Shown: piece by piece, positions 13,948 through 26,570 of the stretch
Numbering within the stretch: position 1 is the stretch's first letter
How the letters are laid out: each line of letters opens with the position of its first letter
Origin: Ginglymostoma cirratum
Lineage: Eukaryota
Length of the DNA stretch: 64,000 nt
NCBI GenBank assembly: GCA_024137785.1
Contig: JAHRHZ010000067.1
Coordinates: 7,848,088 to 7,912,087, forward strand
Reading direction: 5' to 3'
Program-made: the position numbers and the translations under genes
Notes under the pieces: generated by a model
What the model was told of the DNA's origin: nothing
The model's database searches: none
The model's input: only the letters and a program-made list of their open reading frames with translations

Positions 13948-14660
13948 GACCAACGGCCGTACCGCGCGCCCAGCCCGCGCTCCACCGGCCGCCGCCGCCT
14001 CGCCGCTCGAGCTCCGCCTCGGCCGCACTCTCCTCGCTCCGTCCTTCCTAAACCATCTTCCAGCAAATTCCACACCCGGTTTTCCTCAGGAAATTCAATA
14101 ATCCGGCTTTTCAACTCCTCGGAGAGAGAGAGAAAAAAAATTCTTCAAAAAGACTTTGGCTTTCACTTCGCACACATTTTTTCTGAGGGGAAACTCCTTC
14201 AGTTTTCCTCGGCAAACATCATCGGAACAATTGTAAAGCTTATTTTTGGCTTTTTTTTAATATAAAAAATAAAATTTGCCCCCCCACCCCCCCCAAAAGA
14301 CACCAAGAGGAGAGCAACTAAACACGAAACCCTCGAAAGCCGGAGAGTCCCACCCCCCACAACTGAATGCTCCCGCCCCTCTCGCTCGGAAGCCCAGCCG
14401 CGCGCATCCCAACGTGATCGTCTGCAGCTCAGCCCGCCTCCTTCCACGGAACGTCGCCGACCGCTGCTTGATTGACACCATCTCTGTCGAATGGAAATGC
14501 ACGCTTGCCCTACGGTGCTGCTGCGTCCAGGTGCCGAGCGTGCTGCAAGGGTGGGTCGCCCCGTACTGCAAGCAAGTTTCGTTGAGCGAACACAAAGGGC
14601 ACGTGATCCAGATCTTCTCCCACAAAGCCCAGCGATGCCAGAAAGAGGTCAACTCTTGTA
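13290..14660. promoter_or_regulatory. CpG island covering the NLK promoter, 5' leader and exon 1
   Basis: Abrupt GC- and CpG-rich block in AT-rich, CpG-depleted flanks. GC boxes near 14372 and 14433, TGATTGACA at 14469-14477, CACGTG E-box at 14600-14605. Confidence 0.88.
13346..13930. repeat. Coding trinucleotide repeats (GCG/GCC, GTG/ATG, TCN) inside NLK exon 1
   Basis: (GCG)8 at 13346-13369; His13 at 13813-13851; Ser11 at 13498-13530; Ala10 and Ala11, Gly7 and Gly5, Pro7 runs. Confidence 0.95.
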
Positions 14661-15981
14661 TTGATGGGACCCCAACTGGTTAATGGAGGGAATCACACAG
14701 AGCACCAGTGTATCTTATCCTGGGGCTTTAAGCCATTGGGGAGGATATGCTACCCACCCCCCACCATGGAATTCAAAAATAAACTTTTAAATGTGTTTTT
14801 TTAAAAGCTCACCTCTTAAGCACCCTTTCTGTCTTATGCATGAAATAATGTAATAAGTCCTGTGCAGATAGATTATCTTCAGTTCTCTTTGGTTTACCAT
14901 AAAGGTCGAATATGGTAATATTGAAAACTGTGATAACTTGAACTATTTCTAACCTCTCACTTGTAATAATGCCAAAAGTTATACTTTGAAATAAGCAAAA
15001 TCTGTATTTTAATGCTTAGTTACTTGAGACTGATTTTTAATAACTGTATTGAAGAGAGACATCGGTTACCTAATCGAGACAGTTCTACTTAGCTCAGTTT
15101 CCAGGTCAGCTGCCCACTTACACATGTTACTGTACCATATATGGCCTGGGAAAAGTGGGTCAGGATACAGATGGGCAAAAACATGTATTTGTAATGTTCA
15201 GCCTGTCTTCATGCAAAATGACAGCCGTGTCAGCATCATAGGAGAGACTTTCTTTTGTAAGTTAATGTGTGTTTTTGAATTTGTTAGATTGCTAATTGTA
15301 TTACCACCACATTTATAATTGTGGCAAAATGCAAAATTAAGAACTTTACCCTATTTATTGCTCAACTGAGTGGTAATCTCAATTGTATAAACCACAGACG
15401 CAGTTTAAAATATCTCGTAATAATTTAGTTGGAAAGAGATGGTTAAAATTCAGTTTTTTTTTCCATTTATTGTTACATCACTGAAAAATTACCTTTTGAA
15501 ACTGAAGGCCGGAATAAGGTCCCATTTGAATCAGACATTATACTCAGTACAGAGAAAATTTCGATTACTACATTTTCAAGATGAAAATTTCCAAAAAAAC
15601 ATGTCTGTTGTCAATACATTGTTGCAAAAATGATTTTCCTTTCAGTAAAATCTTGTAGAAATGGAAAATGGGTTACATCGTGATCTGGTTTACAAACACA
15701 AAGAAATATAATTCTTTCATGAATGATGCCTTACAATCATAATAAATAAGAAGGATGATCAGTGAGTTACTAATTGTCATCTCATAACGACAACATATCC
15801 AACTAAAAAGGGTTTGACAAAACTTTTTCCACCTCTTCAGAAAAGTGCAAAGTGTCACTTGGACACAACACTATCATGATAAAAATGGGTGCACCGGTTT
15901 GCTAAGTACTGCATTGTGAAAGCAGTGTCCCTTTAATAAGAAAAACAAAAGTAAATGGAATTTGGCTCTTTCCACCCCGCG

Positions 15982-16001
15982 CCCCCCCCCCCCCCCCCCC
16001 C
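15982..16001. repeat. Poly-C/poly-G run
   Basis: About 20 consecutive C residues. Confidence 0.95.
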
Positions 16002-16061
16002 ACCCGGGCCATATGGAACCAATTTACCATCATAATTAGGGCAGCATCATTACCATCATTA

Positions 16062-16340
16062 GGGCAGCATGGTGGCTCAGTGGTTAGCACTGCTGCCTCA
16101 CAGCACCAGAGGACTCAGGTTCAATTCTAGCCTTGGGCATCTGTCTGTGTGGAGTTTGCACATTCTCCCCATGTCTGTGTGGGTTTCCTCCCACAGTCCA
16201 AAGGTGTGTAGGTTAGGTGGATTGGCCATGCTAAATTGCCTGTAGTGTTTGGGGTAGGTGGGTCTGGGTGGGATGCTCTGAGGTTCAGTGTGGACTTGTT
16301 GGGCCAAAGGGCCTGTTTCCACACTGTAGGGATTCTATGA
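16062..16340 (+). mobile_element. tRNA-derived V-SINE (HE1-like)
   Basis: A box TGGCTCAGTGG, B box GGTTCAATTCT, V-domain TGTGTGGAGTTTGCACATTCTCCCC, CR1-like tail. Confidence 0.88.
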
Positions 16341-18554
16341 AATCTTCTATAACAATCATTGTGCTTTGATCAATACATCAATTCTAAAATGGGAGTTTGT
16401 GACAATGATGTAAAAAACTACTATACAAATATAAATTATTTTTCTTTGTGTGACAGCTCCTCGCAATGGTGATAACTGGTTCCCTAAATTATCTCAGTTA
16501 ATAAAGTTCTTATATTGTAAATTTTCTTTATTAACCTGGAAAGTGTGAGGTAAGTTGTACTTGAATACCAGTTATGTCTTTTTTAATCACTAATCATTCC
16601 ATTATGCATTTATGTTTCATTCTATTCAGTACAATTGTTTCATCTTGAAGATACATACACTGTTAGAATATTAAGATGCAAAGCTAGGGTAGGTGGCCAG
16701 AAGTGGTCATCAGTGAATATTAGCTTTGGCAATTAATGATAAAGCGTCCAGTCATCCAAAGTTATTTGAGCCAACCGTTCTGGCCTGAATGCTACAGATT
16801 GTGTACCACCATCCCATTTCTGAATTTTGAAGACTTCTAATAAAATGTATTTGTTTGTTTAAACGTGTGCACACTTTAGGATGCTCCCTTTCAAAGACCA
16901 AAAAGTTGTTGACTTAGTATAAAATCTAGAGGTTTGAAACAAATTTATATATTGGTGTTAGGCATTTTGTAAAATCTAATATAATATCTGCCTACACAAC
17001 TGCTTTTACAGAAGGGAAACAATTTGCATCTTTATTCCAAACACTGGGGGTAGCTCTGCGATTAAGAACTGAACATACACCACAAGATAATTTGGCAACA
17101 AAACATTTGCAAGAAGCATCTGCTAAATGTGAGAAGTTTGAAAGGTGGCACTTAGCGTAATGTACATCTTAATTGCAGAGAGCAATGTGTGGATCTGATT
17201 ATACTAAGTGATTTGCTCAGAGGGTAAGGGTAGGCTTTTAGATTTCAATGGGGGAAAAGCCACTGAAGGGATCCTCTAGATCACTGTCATTTTCTTCTTG
17301 TTTAGAGAGGAGGTAATGACCTATCGTAGTATTAAGTTTTGAAGCAAGGGAAGGAAAAATAGGTTTTCATAAAAAAATTTGTCAATTTATTGAAGAAACA
17401 AAACTGGTTTGTAAGATATGGCACCGATAATTTAAGGATAGAAACTTGGCTTTTGAAAATGATCAACATAATAATGAGACAGGCTACATATTAAATTCAC
17501 AAAAAAATCTGTTATTTCTGAAGTCAACGAGTTGACACAAAAATAAGCATTACTTAAGCATGTGATTCTTTATAAAAGAAAATCAAACTGGCGAATAGGT
17601 ATAGCTATTGATGCTCAACTGACTGCAAATCCATGGTGATGCCTAAGCTATTAATTTGGAACAACAAAACACAAACAGTAATGTTAAAAATTAAGTGAGC
17701 TACCTGTTTTTTCTGCAGATAGCCATAAAATTATTAGACAGATATGTTAACATTCTAATTCAGCGCAGATTTGTTCTATAAATAATTCTTTCAAAAAAAT
17801 TGAAATACAATTGTAAGCAGCAATTTTACAATATGTTGCATTTACAGGAAATTCTTTTAGAAAAATAAATCTAGGCTGAATTAAGTTAGTCAATTCTTAA
17901 CAGACTAGTGGTGTATTGGAAGAATTATCATTGGTACCTTCTAGGTGCATGGGGGAAGAACCATCTCTGCTGTTCAACACAACAGAGTAGTTTCACATCA
18001 AATCAATCCTCTACCCAAATTCCCGAAAGAGTTTAAGCAATGTTACTATTTGAAAATAGGAATAGATTTAGCATTTTGTTTTCAAACTTTTTTTTTACAG
18101 AGCATTGATTACAGCTCCAGGTAGTATTCACACTATGTTATCGTCTTTTCTCATATTCATTCAGATTTACTCTCAGTTCAGAGTGACAAGCTGATATCCT
18201 ACATTCACATCTCTGTTAAATAAATTAAATAGAGCATGTCATTCAATTTGGCAACTAAGGTGTTTAATGCAGTATCAAAAAAATTGTCTCCCTGGGTAGC
18301 CACAGATAGTATTCCAAACCTCAGCATTGCTATCAGGTAGGAATCAATACTGTCAGTTAGAATGCTACCATTCCATGATATCTTACATCGAATGATAAGC
18401 ACATTACCATTTTTAAAGAACAAATCTCATTTGTTTCACAGGTTACATCCTAATTTAAGACTCAATCTTGAGATTCTTGGTCCACCTACTCAGGAAGTGT
18501 TGTCAGATTGGTTTCCTGTTCCCTTCATCATGCTTTTGTATCTATAGTGTACCA

Positions 18555-20030
18555 TCCAGATTGGAAAACAGCAAATGTGACACCACTATATAAGAAAGGA
18601 GGTAGACAAAAGGCAGGTAACTATAGGCCTGTTAGCTTAACTTCTGTAGTGGGGAAAATGCTTGAATGTATCTTTGAGGAAGAAATAGCGAGACATCTGG
18701 ATAGAAATTATCCAATCAGGCAGGCACAGGATGGATTCATGAAAGGCACATCATATTCAACTAATTTATTGGAATTCTTTGAGGACATTATGAGTGCTGT
18801 GGACAACGGGGAACCAGTGGATGTGGTGTATCTGGATTTCCAGAAGGCATTCGACAAGGTACTGTACAAAAAGCTGCTGCGTAAGATAAAAGTGCATAGC
18901 ATTACGCATAATGTATTAGCATGGACAGAAGATTGGTTAACTAACAGAAAGCAAAGAGTGGGGGTAAATGGGTGTTTCTCTGGTTGGCAATCAGTGGCTA
19001 GTTGTGTGCCTTAGGGATCAGTGTTGGGACCGCAATTGTTTACTATTTACGTAGATGATTTAGAGTTTGGGGCCCAAGTGTAGTGTGTCCACATTCACAG
19101 ATGATACTGAAATGAATGGTAGAGCAAAGTGTGCAGGGGACACTGAAAGTCTGCAGTGGGATATAGATAGGTTAAGTGAGTGGACCAGGGTCTGGCAGAT
19201 GGAGTACAATGTTGGTAAATGTGAGGTCATCCATTTTGGTAGAAATCACAGCAAAATGGATTATTATTGAAATGGTGCAAAATTGCAGTATGTTCCTGTG
19301 CAGAGGGACCTGGATGTCCTTGTGCATGAATCACTCAAAAAAGTTGGTTTGCAGGTGCAACAGGTAATTAAGAAGGCAAATGGAATATTGTCGTCCATTG
19401 CTAGAGGGATGGAATTTAAAAATAGGGAGGTTATGCTGCAGCTGTATAGGGTGCTGGTGAGGCCACACCTAGAGTACCATGCACAGTTTTGGTCTCCTTA
19501 CTTGAGAAAAGATGTACTGGCACTGGAACGGGTACAGAGGAGGTTCACTGGGTTGATTCCAGAATTGAGAAGGTTGCCTTTTGAGGAGAGATCGAGTATG
19601 CTGGGACTGTACTCACTGGAATTAGAAGAATGAGGGGGGAATCCTTTAGAAACATATAAAATTATGAAGGGAATAGATAGGATAGAAGTAGGAAGTTAGT
19701 TTCCACTGGTGGGTAAAACTAGAACCAAGGGTCATAGCCTCAAAATAAGGGGAAGCAGATTTAGATCTGAGTTGAGGAGAGACTTCTTCATCCAAAGGGT
19801 TGTGAATCTGTGGAATTCCCAATACAGTGAAGCAGTTGAGGCTTCTTCATTGAATGTTTTTAAGGTGAAGATAGATAGATTGTTGAACAGCAAAGGAATC
19901 AAGAGTTATCGTGAGCAGGCTGGTAAACGGAGTTGAGTCCACAAAAATATCAGCCATGATCTTATTGAATGGGGGAGAAGGCTCAATGGGCCGGATGGCC
20001 TACTCCTGCTCCTATTTCTTATATTCTGTT
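18555..20030 (+). mobile_element. 5'-truncated CR1 LINE (RT pseudogene plus 3' UTR)
   Basis: DWKTANVTPLYKKG, NYRPVSLTSVVGK, YLDFQKAFDKV, FTDD, VRPHLEY, RVVNLWNS, interrupted by stops and frameshifts. Confidence 0.95.
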
Positions 20031-22176
20031 AGATGGGCTACAATGAATGATTGTAGAATCCTATCTACTCTTTACCTAAATGGATTCTGTGGTCTGGTAT
20101 TGGACCTGTAAGCAAGTTGTAGGGTGAATACCTCAAACAATTTCAGCATGTTGTGCTGTTAATGTTGATTAATTTATCCATTGCACAACATGGGGAGGAA
20201 AAATATAATACAATTATTTAAATTAAAGGATCAGTTCTCCTGATTCACAAATGCAAACTATTCATCACAATCTGAATGATTTTGAAAGCACTCTAGGATT
20301 TACATTTCCATTCTTTGTATTCAGAAGAATAGTAGGCAGTCTGTTCAATTCAGTTGGAAAAGAATAGAAATGAGGCCAATCTTTACATACAAGTTATTTG
20401 CAGATTGTATGCATTCACCTCCTGACACAACAACAAAAGTTTTATCTGTCACTATTTATAGAGGCTCAATGAATTTCCGGTTAATGGCCACCACCTGCAT
20501 ACAACTAAATATGATTAACATAATGGGGAAAATGGCCTTTTTCATTCCTGAGATTTAGCAGCAAGGCTGTTGTATTTTGGCTGACTTGGTGAATTGGATT
20601 GTCCATGCTTAAAAGTGTGTGAAAATTGAGTGACGATAAATGAGCATTTTTTTATTGTAATGTTTGTAAAGCCTTACCTGAGGGATGTGTAATGGGAGCC
20701 ATTTTGTTCTCTGCTATTATGTGATGGATGTCCTGAAAGATTTTGTTTGTTTTGCTCAAGATAGTCCCTATGCGGAGTGGCTGCTGAATGGTCAAATGCA
20801 AACTAGACACTGCTGACCAACGTAAAAAAAGGAGACATATGCTTCAGTAACAACAATACCAAGGCAAAAACAATCACGAATGCTGTAAAGCGGTTCACAT
20901 CTCTTCTAATAAGTGTAAAGGATGGTCTACTCTTCAGTCAGCCACATTTGTAATTACATCCAGCTGTGCTGGGATTGACAGCCGGCTACAGTTCGGACAC
21001 GTTGAATCCCAAGCAGTCTTAGCATGTTCACAACTCAGATGCTACCACAGTGTTCCTCAAATCTTGCTCCTGTCCAGAAATTCAGAGGAATTTCAAACTG
21101 CAGAGAAAACGTTTAACTTCCTTAAAATGACATTAAAACCAATGGAAAATCTATTTCCTTTAACAGCATAAAGCCCTACACAAGATTATTGGAACAGCAT
21201 CACGAAAGAAACTCTTGTTTAAACCACACCTCTGAATTTTTCCCAGGAACACATAATTCTATGCGATTGCCTGCTGAACCACTGTTGTTGGATTTTGCAT
21301 TAAGCCACAAGAAACTGTGAACTTACCTCTATTTGCATGCTTGATTCAAATCTTCTCAGTTTTTTGTGTCAAGCCATTTTATTGAACTATAAGAATATTT
21401 TAAAAAATAGAAGCAATTGTAGTTCCTACGAACCTTCAATAAGATTGTGGTTGACTTTCTATAGCAACTCCACATTTGTGCACTATGTCCATATAAATTG
21501 TTGCAGTTATTTCCCTTGTATGTATCATGGCTGGAAGAAAAAACGGTGAATCATGCACTTGGCTGTCAGGCAGCTTATTTGTTAATATTGCAGGCTCCAG
21601 TTTGGGATTATGTCTTGGGATATGGGGGAATGAAAATAATGAAAAAGTTGTAGGAAAAGCTATTTTGGGATAGATCTATCTTTCCTAACTTCTGATGTGC
21701 TTTATGCAGATAACCTAATTTGTTCCAATATTTTGAATCAGGAAAGATTGCTTTGTATGCAATATGAGTTTATTACTATGGTTGGTAGGATTTGAATTGT
21801 TGTTTCTTTGTCAGTAACGCGCAAACTGTGCCTATGATCTGAATAGCAGATGGCTTCAATGATTTAATTACCAAAGGTTTCCGTGACATAGAGTAAAAAT
21901 ATTTGATTAGTTCACTAACAAAGCAACTTAATTTGTGCGTGAAACTTGTTTGTCTGTCCCTCATTAGAAGGGCTTATATATTTTCTATTGTATATGACAA
22001 AATGTGTTTTCAATCAGATATATATATAAAAGTATCATTCAATATGTTTTATAAACATTGCGAGCATTTCTGAAGTTTGCTGGAAATTTAGTTGAGCAAT
22101 TGTTTGATTTTGATCTGGAAAGGCATTATTAAAATTTTTAGGAACCATCGGTCTGACACAGTTATGAAGAAAAGAA

Positions 22177-22220
22177 GATTATCTCAGATTCTCCAGCATC
22201 GACAGTTCCTACTATCTCTG
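22177..22220 (+). mobile_element. Isolated Penelope family-1 terminal tail
   Basis: TTATCTCAGATTCTCCAGCATC..CAGTTCCTACTATCTC, the same tail as at 29865-29905, 36350-36390 and 54165-54203. Confidence 0.75.
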
Positions 22221-22433
22221 GCTCTGGAAAGTTGTATTTATATTTGTGGACTGGCAACTTTCTTCATTATGTGAAATATTTTTCCCATATTATTATTTCT
22301 TGAAACAACCAAATTGTTTGTGATATTTTAACTTCTACCTTGACCCATATATATGTTCTACTCATTTATTTTTGAACTCTGTAAAATTTAGTTTAAGTGA
22401 GGGATAATCAGTGCATTTTATTTCCTAGTATAT

Positions 22434-22840
22434 GGGGAGGCAATGGCTTAATGCTTTTATTGTTAGACTATTAATGCAGAAACTAAGCCAACATTCTGGG
22501 GATCTAGGTGGAACTTGCCATGGTAGATTGTGGATTTGAATTCAGTAAATATCTGGATTTAAGAATCTAATGATGACCTTGAAACCATTTTCAATTGACA
22601 GGAAAAGCCCAATGATTCAGTAATGTCTATTACCTGCCATCTTCACTGGTCTAGCCTACAACAGTGTGTTTGACTCTCAGATACCTTCTGAAATGGCCTA
22701 GCAAGCCACTCAGTTGTATGGATCTACCTACATCACATGGACTGTAACAGTTCAAGAAGCCAGCTCGATACCACCTTCTCAAGGGCAACTAATTCTGGCC
22801 CAGAAAGCAACATCCATGTCCCATGAGTGAATGAAAAAAA
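22434..22840 (+). mobile_element. SINE with LINE-like 3' tail
   Basis: Degenerate tRNA-like head, body, and a tail CAGTTCAAGAAG...CACCTTCTCAAGGGCAACT...CCCATGAGTGAATGAAAAAAA ending in an A-run. Confidence 0.7.
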
Positions 22841-23050
22841 GTTTGGAGTCTTCTAGAATGCTTCAGTGTATTAGGATGTTTAGCCTTCTTAGCTTTTGCT
22901 GTATGCCTGGAGATACCTTTGGCTTGGTAGCAGATTCAGTACCGTGTTAGAAAAGGAAAAATCCATGCTACAGAGATCACTGCATATTTGAGAGAAACGT
23001 TCTTTGCCACTTAGCCATTGACCACAAAATCTAGGACATTGAAGGAAGTA

Positions 23051-23456
23051 TAAATCTCCCCTCCCCCAACCGCATCCCAAAACCAGCCCAGCTCATCTCC
23101 ACCTCCCTAACCTGTTTTTCCTCTCACCTCAAGCCACACCCCCATCTCCTATCTACTAACATCATCCCGCCCCCTTGACCTGTCCGTCCTCCCTGGACTG
23201 ACCTATCTCCTCCCTACCCCCCTACCTACACTCACCTTTACTGGCTCCATCCCCGCCTCTTCGACTTGTCTGCCTCCTCTCCACCTATCCTCTCCTCTAT
23301 CCATCCTCTATCCGCCTCCCCCTCTCTCCCTATTTATTTCAGAACCCTCTTCCCCTCCCCCATTTCTGATGAAGGGTTTAGGCCCGAAACGTCAAGTTTT
23401 CCTGCTCCTATGATGCTGCTTGACCTGCTGTGTTCATCCAGCCCCATGCTTGTTAT
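23051..23456 (+). mobile_element. Penelope-like element family 1, 3' UTR/pseudo-LTR fragment with 14-bp TSD
   Basis: Near-identical inverted copy of 50950-51370, flanked by CATTGAAGGAAGTA at 23037-23050 and 23457-23470. Confidence 0.92.
23366..23393 (+). ncRNA. Minimal hammerhead ribozyme motif (PLE-associated)
   Basis: CTGATGA-A-GGG(TTTAGG)CCC-GAAA-CGTC: CUGANGA and GAAA boxes, stem II, palindromic ACGU and a GUC cleavage triplet. Confidence 0.7.
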
Positions 23457-24329
23457 CATTGAAGGAAGTAGTTACCTTTCAGCTCACATTTCTAGAGAAT
23501 GGATTATAAAAAAAAATTCAACTTGCAAATCCTGAGTGACAATGGTATCCTGGTGAAACTTACTGCTAGACTGTTATAAAAGTTCAAATTTGAAATTATA
23601 GCTCATATTTATGTAGTGCTTTGTAATGCTAAAAACAAAGAAAAATAATTGTAAAAGTAAGAACAATTAAATGCATAAAATAAGAATGCTGAAATGTTTG
23701 CACTTGCTTTTGCTTTCAGTCTGAAGCTTATAATTGGATCAACGACTAGCCTCCATTTGCAGACTGCCACCACATAAATTTAAGACATCTTTCTAATGAA
23801 ATGTTGCAAGCAAAGACTCTAATTTTGACCATGTCACAAGGTAAATTAGGAAATTGAATTTTTATTGTATTATTTTGTTAATGCTTTCTTAAACCTTTTT
23901 GATCAAACAGTTTACTGAATTGATGTCATAGAAATCTCACCCTTCTAAACTGCCTGTGATAATGAAAAATGTAATTAAACCTAACATAAATATTGATATT
24001 CAGATGGTCCAAGGCCACATTGCAGCTACAAAAATGAAAACATTTTACTTGAAAAATGTTACAAAAGTCAAAATCTTACATGATTTGAAAAGGTGCAGTG
24101 TGTTGAAGTGGCTATCAAGACTCCACCAAGCATATGTTCTCACAGTAATCCCTCAGAGAATCACATTTGAGTGGAACACTCACCTGCATTCTTCCTGGGA
24201 TGGACAATTTCTTAAAGTGGTGTACTACAATAAAATGACACACACACAGTGGGATTGTGTAGGCGTCTGAGCAATGTGGGCTATGGTGAATTGTGTTGTC
24301 GAATTGGGCAACAAGTGTGGTGAGGCCCA

Positions 24330-26570
24330 TCTGGATGTTGCAATCTTATTTTTGCTTTTCGCAAGCACGTGGCGTGATTCTCACTTGGCAGCAGCGAGAT
24401 ACCAATTGACTGGGATTAATGCTTGTTAAACACCTTGTTAATGGCACAACTCACCTCATTAACATTCAGCACTGCCCCACCACCCCCCCTAAAGATTTTA
24501 CCTAATTCACCAAAGTAACTAGATATTGGGAAATCTTGACAAGTAAACAAGAGCGGGTACCTGGCAGATTCACCTCGCCATTTGTTCTGAATGACCTCCA
24601 TGTTGGAAATCGAGTACCAACATCTCACTCCATGGTCAGTAGCCATATACACCTCACATTCACAGACATTGGCATCTGACATGTGACACTGCTAAGAATC
24701 TCTGTGGTACATCTCTAATTCACTTGCAGAATGTTCTGCACTTCAATGCTACATCACTGGTTGCACTAGCAACTGTCATTGTAAAGCTGTGCTCTGGAAC
24801 AAGCACCCAGGTTATGGATTGATCAGGTTAGAGATACCAGGCTCATAGTCGCTGCGTTGGCATCCCATTTAGTGCAGAAACAAAACCAGGAAGCTTGTCA
24901 TAGTTGTCAGCAGGCTTTAATCAAGTTGAGGGGAATAGCTTTGCATGGGGGTCCTGGCCCAATAAGTCAGGGCCAGCTTGGGGCAGTCACAGTCAGGATC
25001 TTCTCCTCATAAAGGGTGAGCAACCAAATGACAGGCAGCTCAACGCCCATTTTGACACTTTCTGCCTTATCGTGGGCTGTTTTCTCTTAGAATAAGAGAG
25101 ATGGCAGGCATTACAGGTGATGAAAGTGGGTGGCACAGCTTTTACTGTTCTAATGTTACACAATTCTAAAGAGGGTGCGGGAGTAGGGGGACCTGGGTGT
25201 GTAAGTACACAGATAATTGAAGGTGACAGGACAGGTGGAGACAGTAGTTGATAAAGTATACAGTGTCCTCAGCTTATTCATTGGGAAATAGAGTACAGAG
25301 CAAGGAAGTGATGTCGAACTTATGTTAGACTCAACTGGAGCATTGTGTACAGCGCATTATACCACATTATAAAAAAGATATGAATGCATTGGAGATAGTG
25401 CAGAAGCAATTTACAAAAGTAGTTCCAGAAATTAGAAAGTTCAGTTATGAGAATAGATTGGAAAAGTTGGGACAGTTCTCTTTGGAGAGAAGAAGGCTGA
25501 AAGGACATTTAATTGAGGTTTTCAAAATTATGAGTGAGCAGGAAAGCACAGATAGGGAGACATGATTCCTGCTTCTAAAAGGCACAAGAATGATAGTACA
25601 TAGATTTAAGGCGATGTGCAAAAGAAGCAAGGTGATGTGACAAAGAACTTTTTAATGCAGTACCTAGTTAGGATATGGAATGCAATACCTGAAAGTGTGG
25701 TGGAGGTAAGTTCAATTGAGGCATTCAAGAGGGCTTGGGATGACTATTCGAATAGAAATAGTGTGCAAGGGTGTGGAGAAGAAACATGCGATTGGCAATA
25801 GATTATGATGCTCGTTTGAAGAGGCAGTCAGGCTGGATAGGCTGAATGGCCTTCTTCTGCTCCATAATGATTCTGCGATTGTTGTTGCAGATGGGGAGCT
25901 GCCTCAAGTAAGTGAGTAAGCAACAGCAAGGGCATGCAGGTTCAGTGATGTCAGAGTTTGGTGTCAGTGGGAACGAGTGAGGAAGATGTTGCAAGCAATT
26001 GTGGGACTAGTAGAACATGACACCTAGTGGGCAGTGATACCAGATACAGAGTGAGGCAAGGTATCGGAGAGAAAATGGTGGCACATATCCTGACAGAGTG
26101 AAGAATGATATTGACCTTCTTCCCTTAGTGCTGGGCATTCCTCTGGATGGCTGATAGTGCTTTAATCCAGGTAGCATACTTGAATCAGGTTGACATGGCG
26201 TAATATCGTGGTCTCCGTTGCTTGGCCTAGGCGAAGAGAAAGTACCACGTCAGCTTCATCCCATCCAGCAGAACCTACAAGACCCCATCCACACAATGGG
26301 GCAAAAATTGTCTGCCATGTCCAGGACAAATGTCAGCAATTGTGCTTGCAGCTCCAGGCCGTCCGTGAAGGTCCATGATGGACTTTTAAAGATTATGTGA
26401 GTACAATGGATACATTGTTTTGGTGAATGGTGTGTTGTTCCAGGAGTGGCACATGGTAAGATGGGGCAGAAATCAGACATGAGAGAAACCATAAGGACGT
26501 GGTAGGTAATCAATGCGGCAAGTTTGGTAGGATATGATGGGAGAACCTGCTAAACCTTGTGGTGAAAAGT
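24330..26570. mobile_element. Fossil PIF/Harbinger-like DNA transposon, interrupted by a CR1
   Basis: Minus-strand decayed Myb/SANT-like peptide at 26108-26277 (VLLDG..LF..RRP..W..LSAIQRNAQH*GKKVN) in relatively GC-rich flanks. Boundaries are uncertain. Confidence 0.5.
25170..25875 (+). mobile_element. CR1 LINE 3' fragment
   Basis: LEIVQKQFTK..SYENRLEKLG..LIEVFKIM..VRIWNAIPESVV, followed by a 3' UTR. Confidence 0.9.

Noticed and set aside
13207-14265. Long plus-strand and alternate-frame ORFs (229 aa, 227 aa and others) overlapping NLK exon 1
   Set aside because: They are shadows of GC-rich trinucleotide repeats that lack stop codons, and show no independent protein features.
16062-16140. 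tRNA-like sequence (also at 30608 and 60400)
   Set aside because: These are SINE heads with A/B boxes followed by SINE bodies, without a complete cloverleaf.
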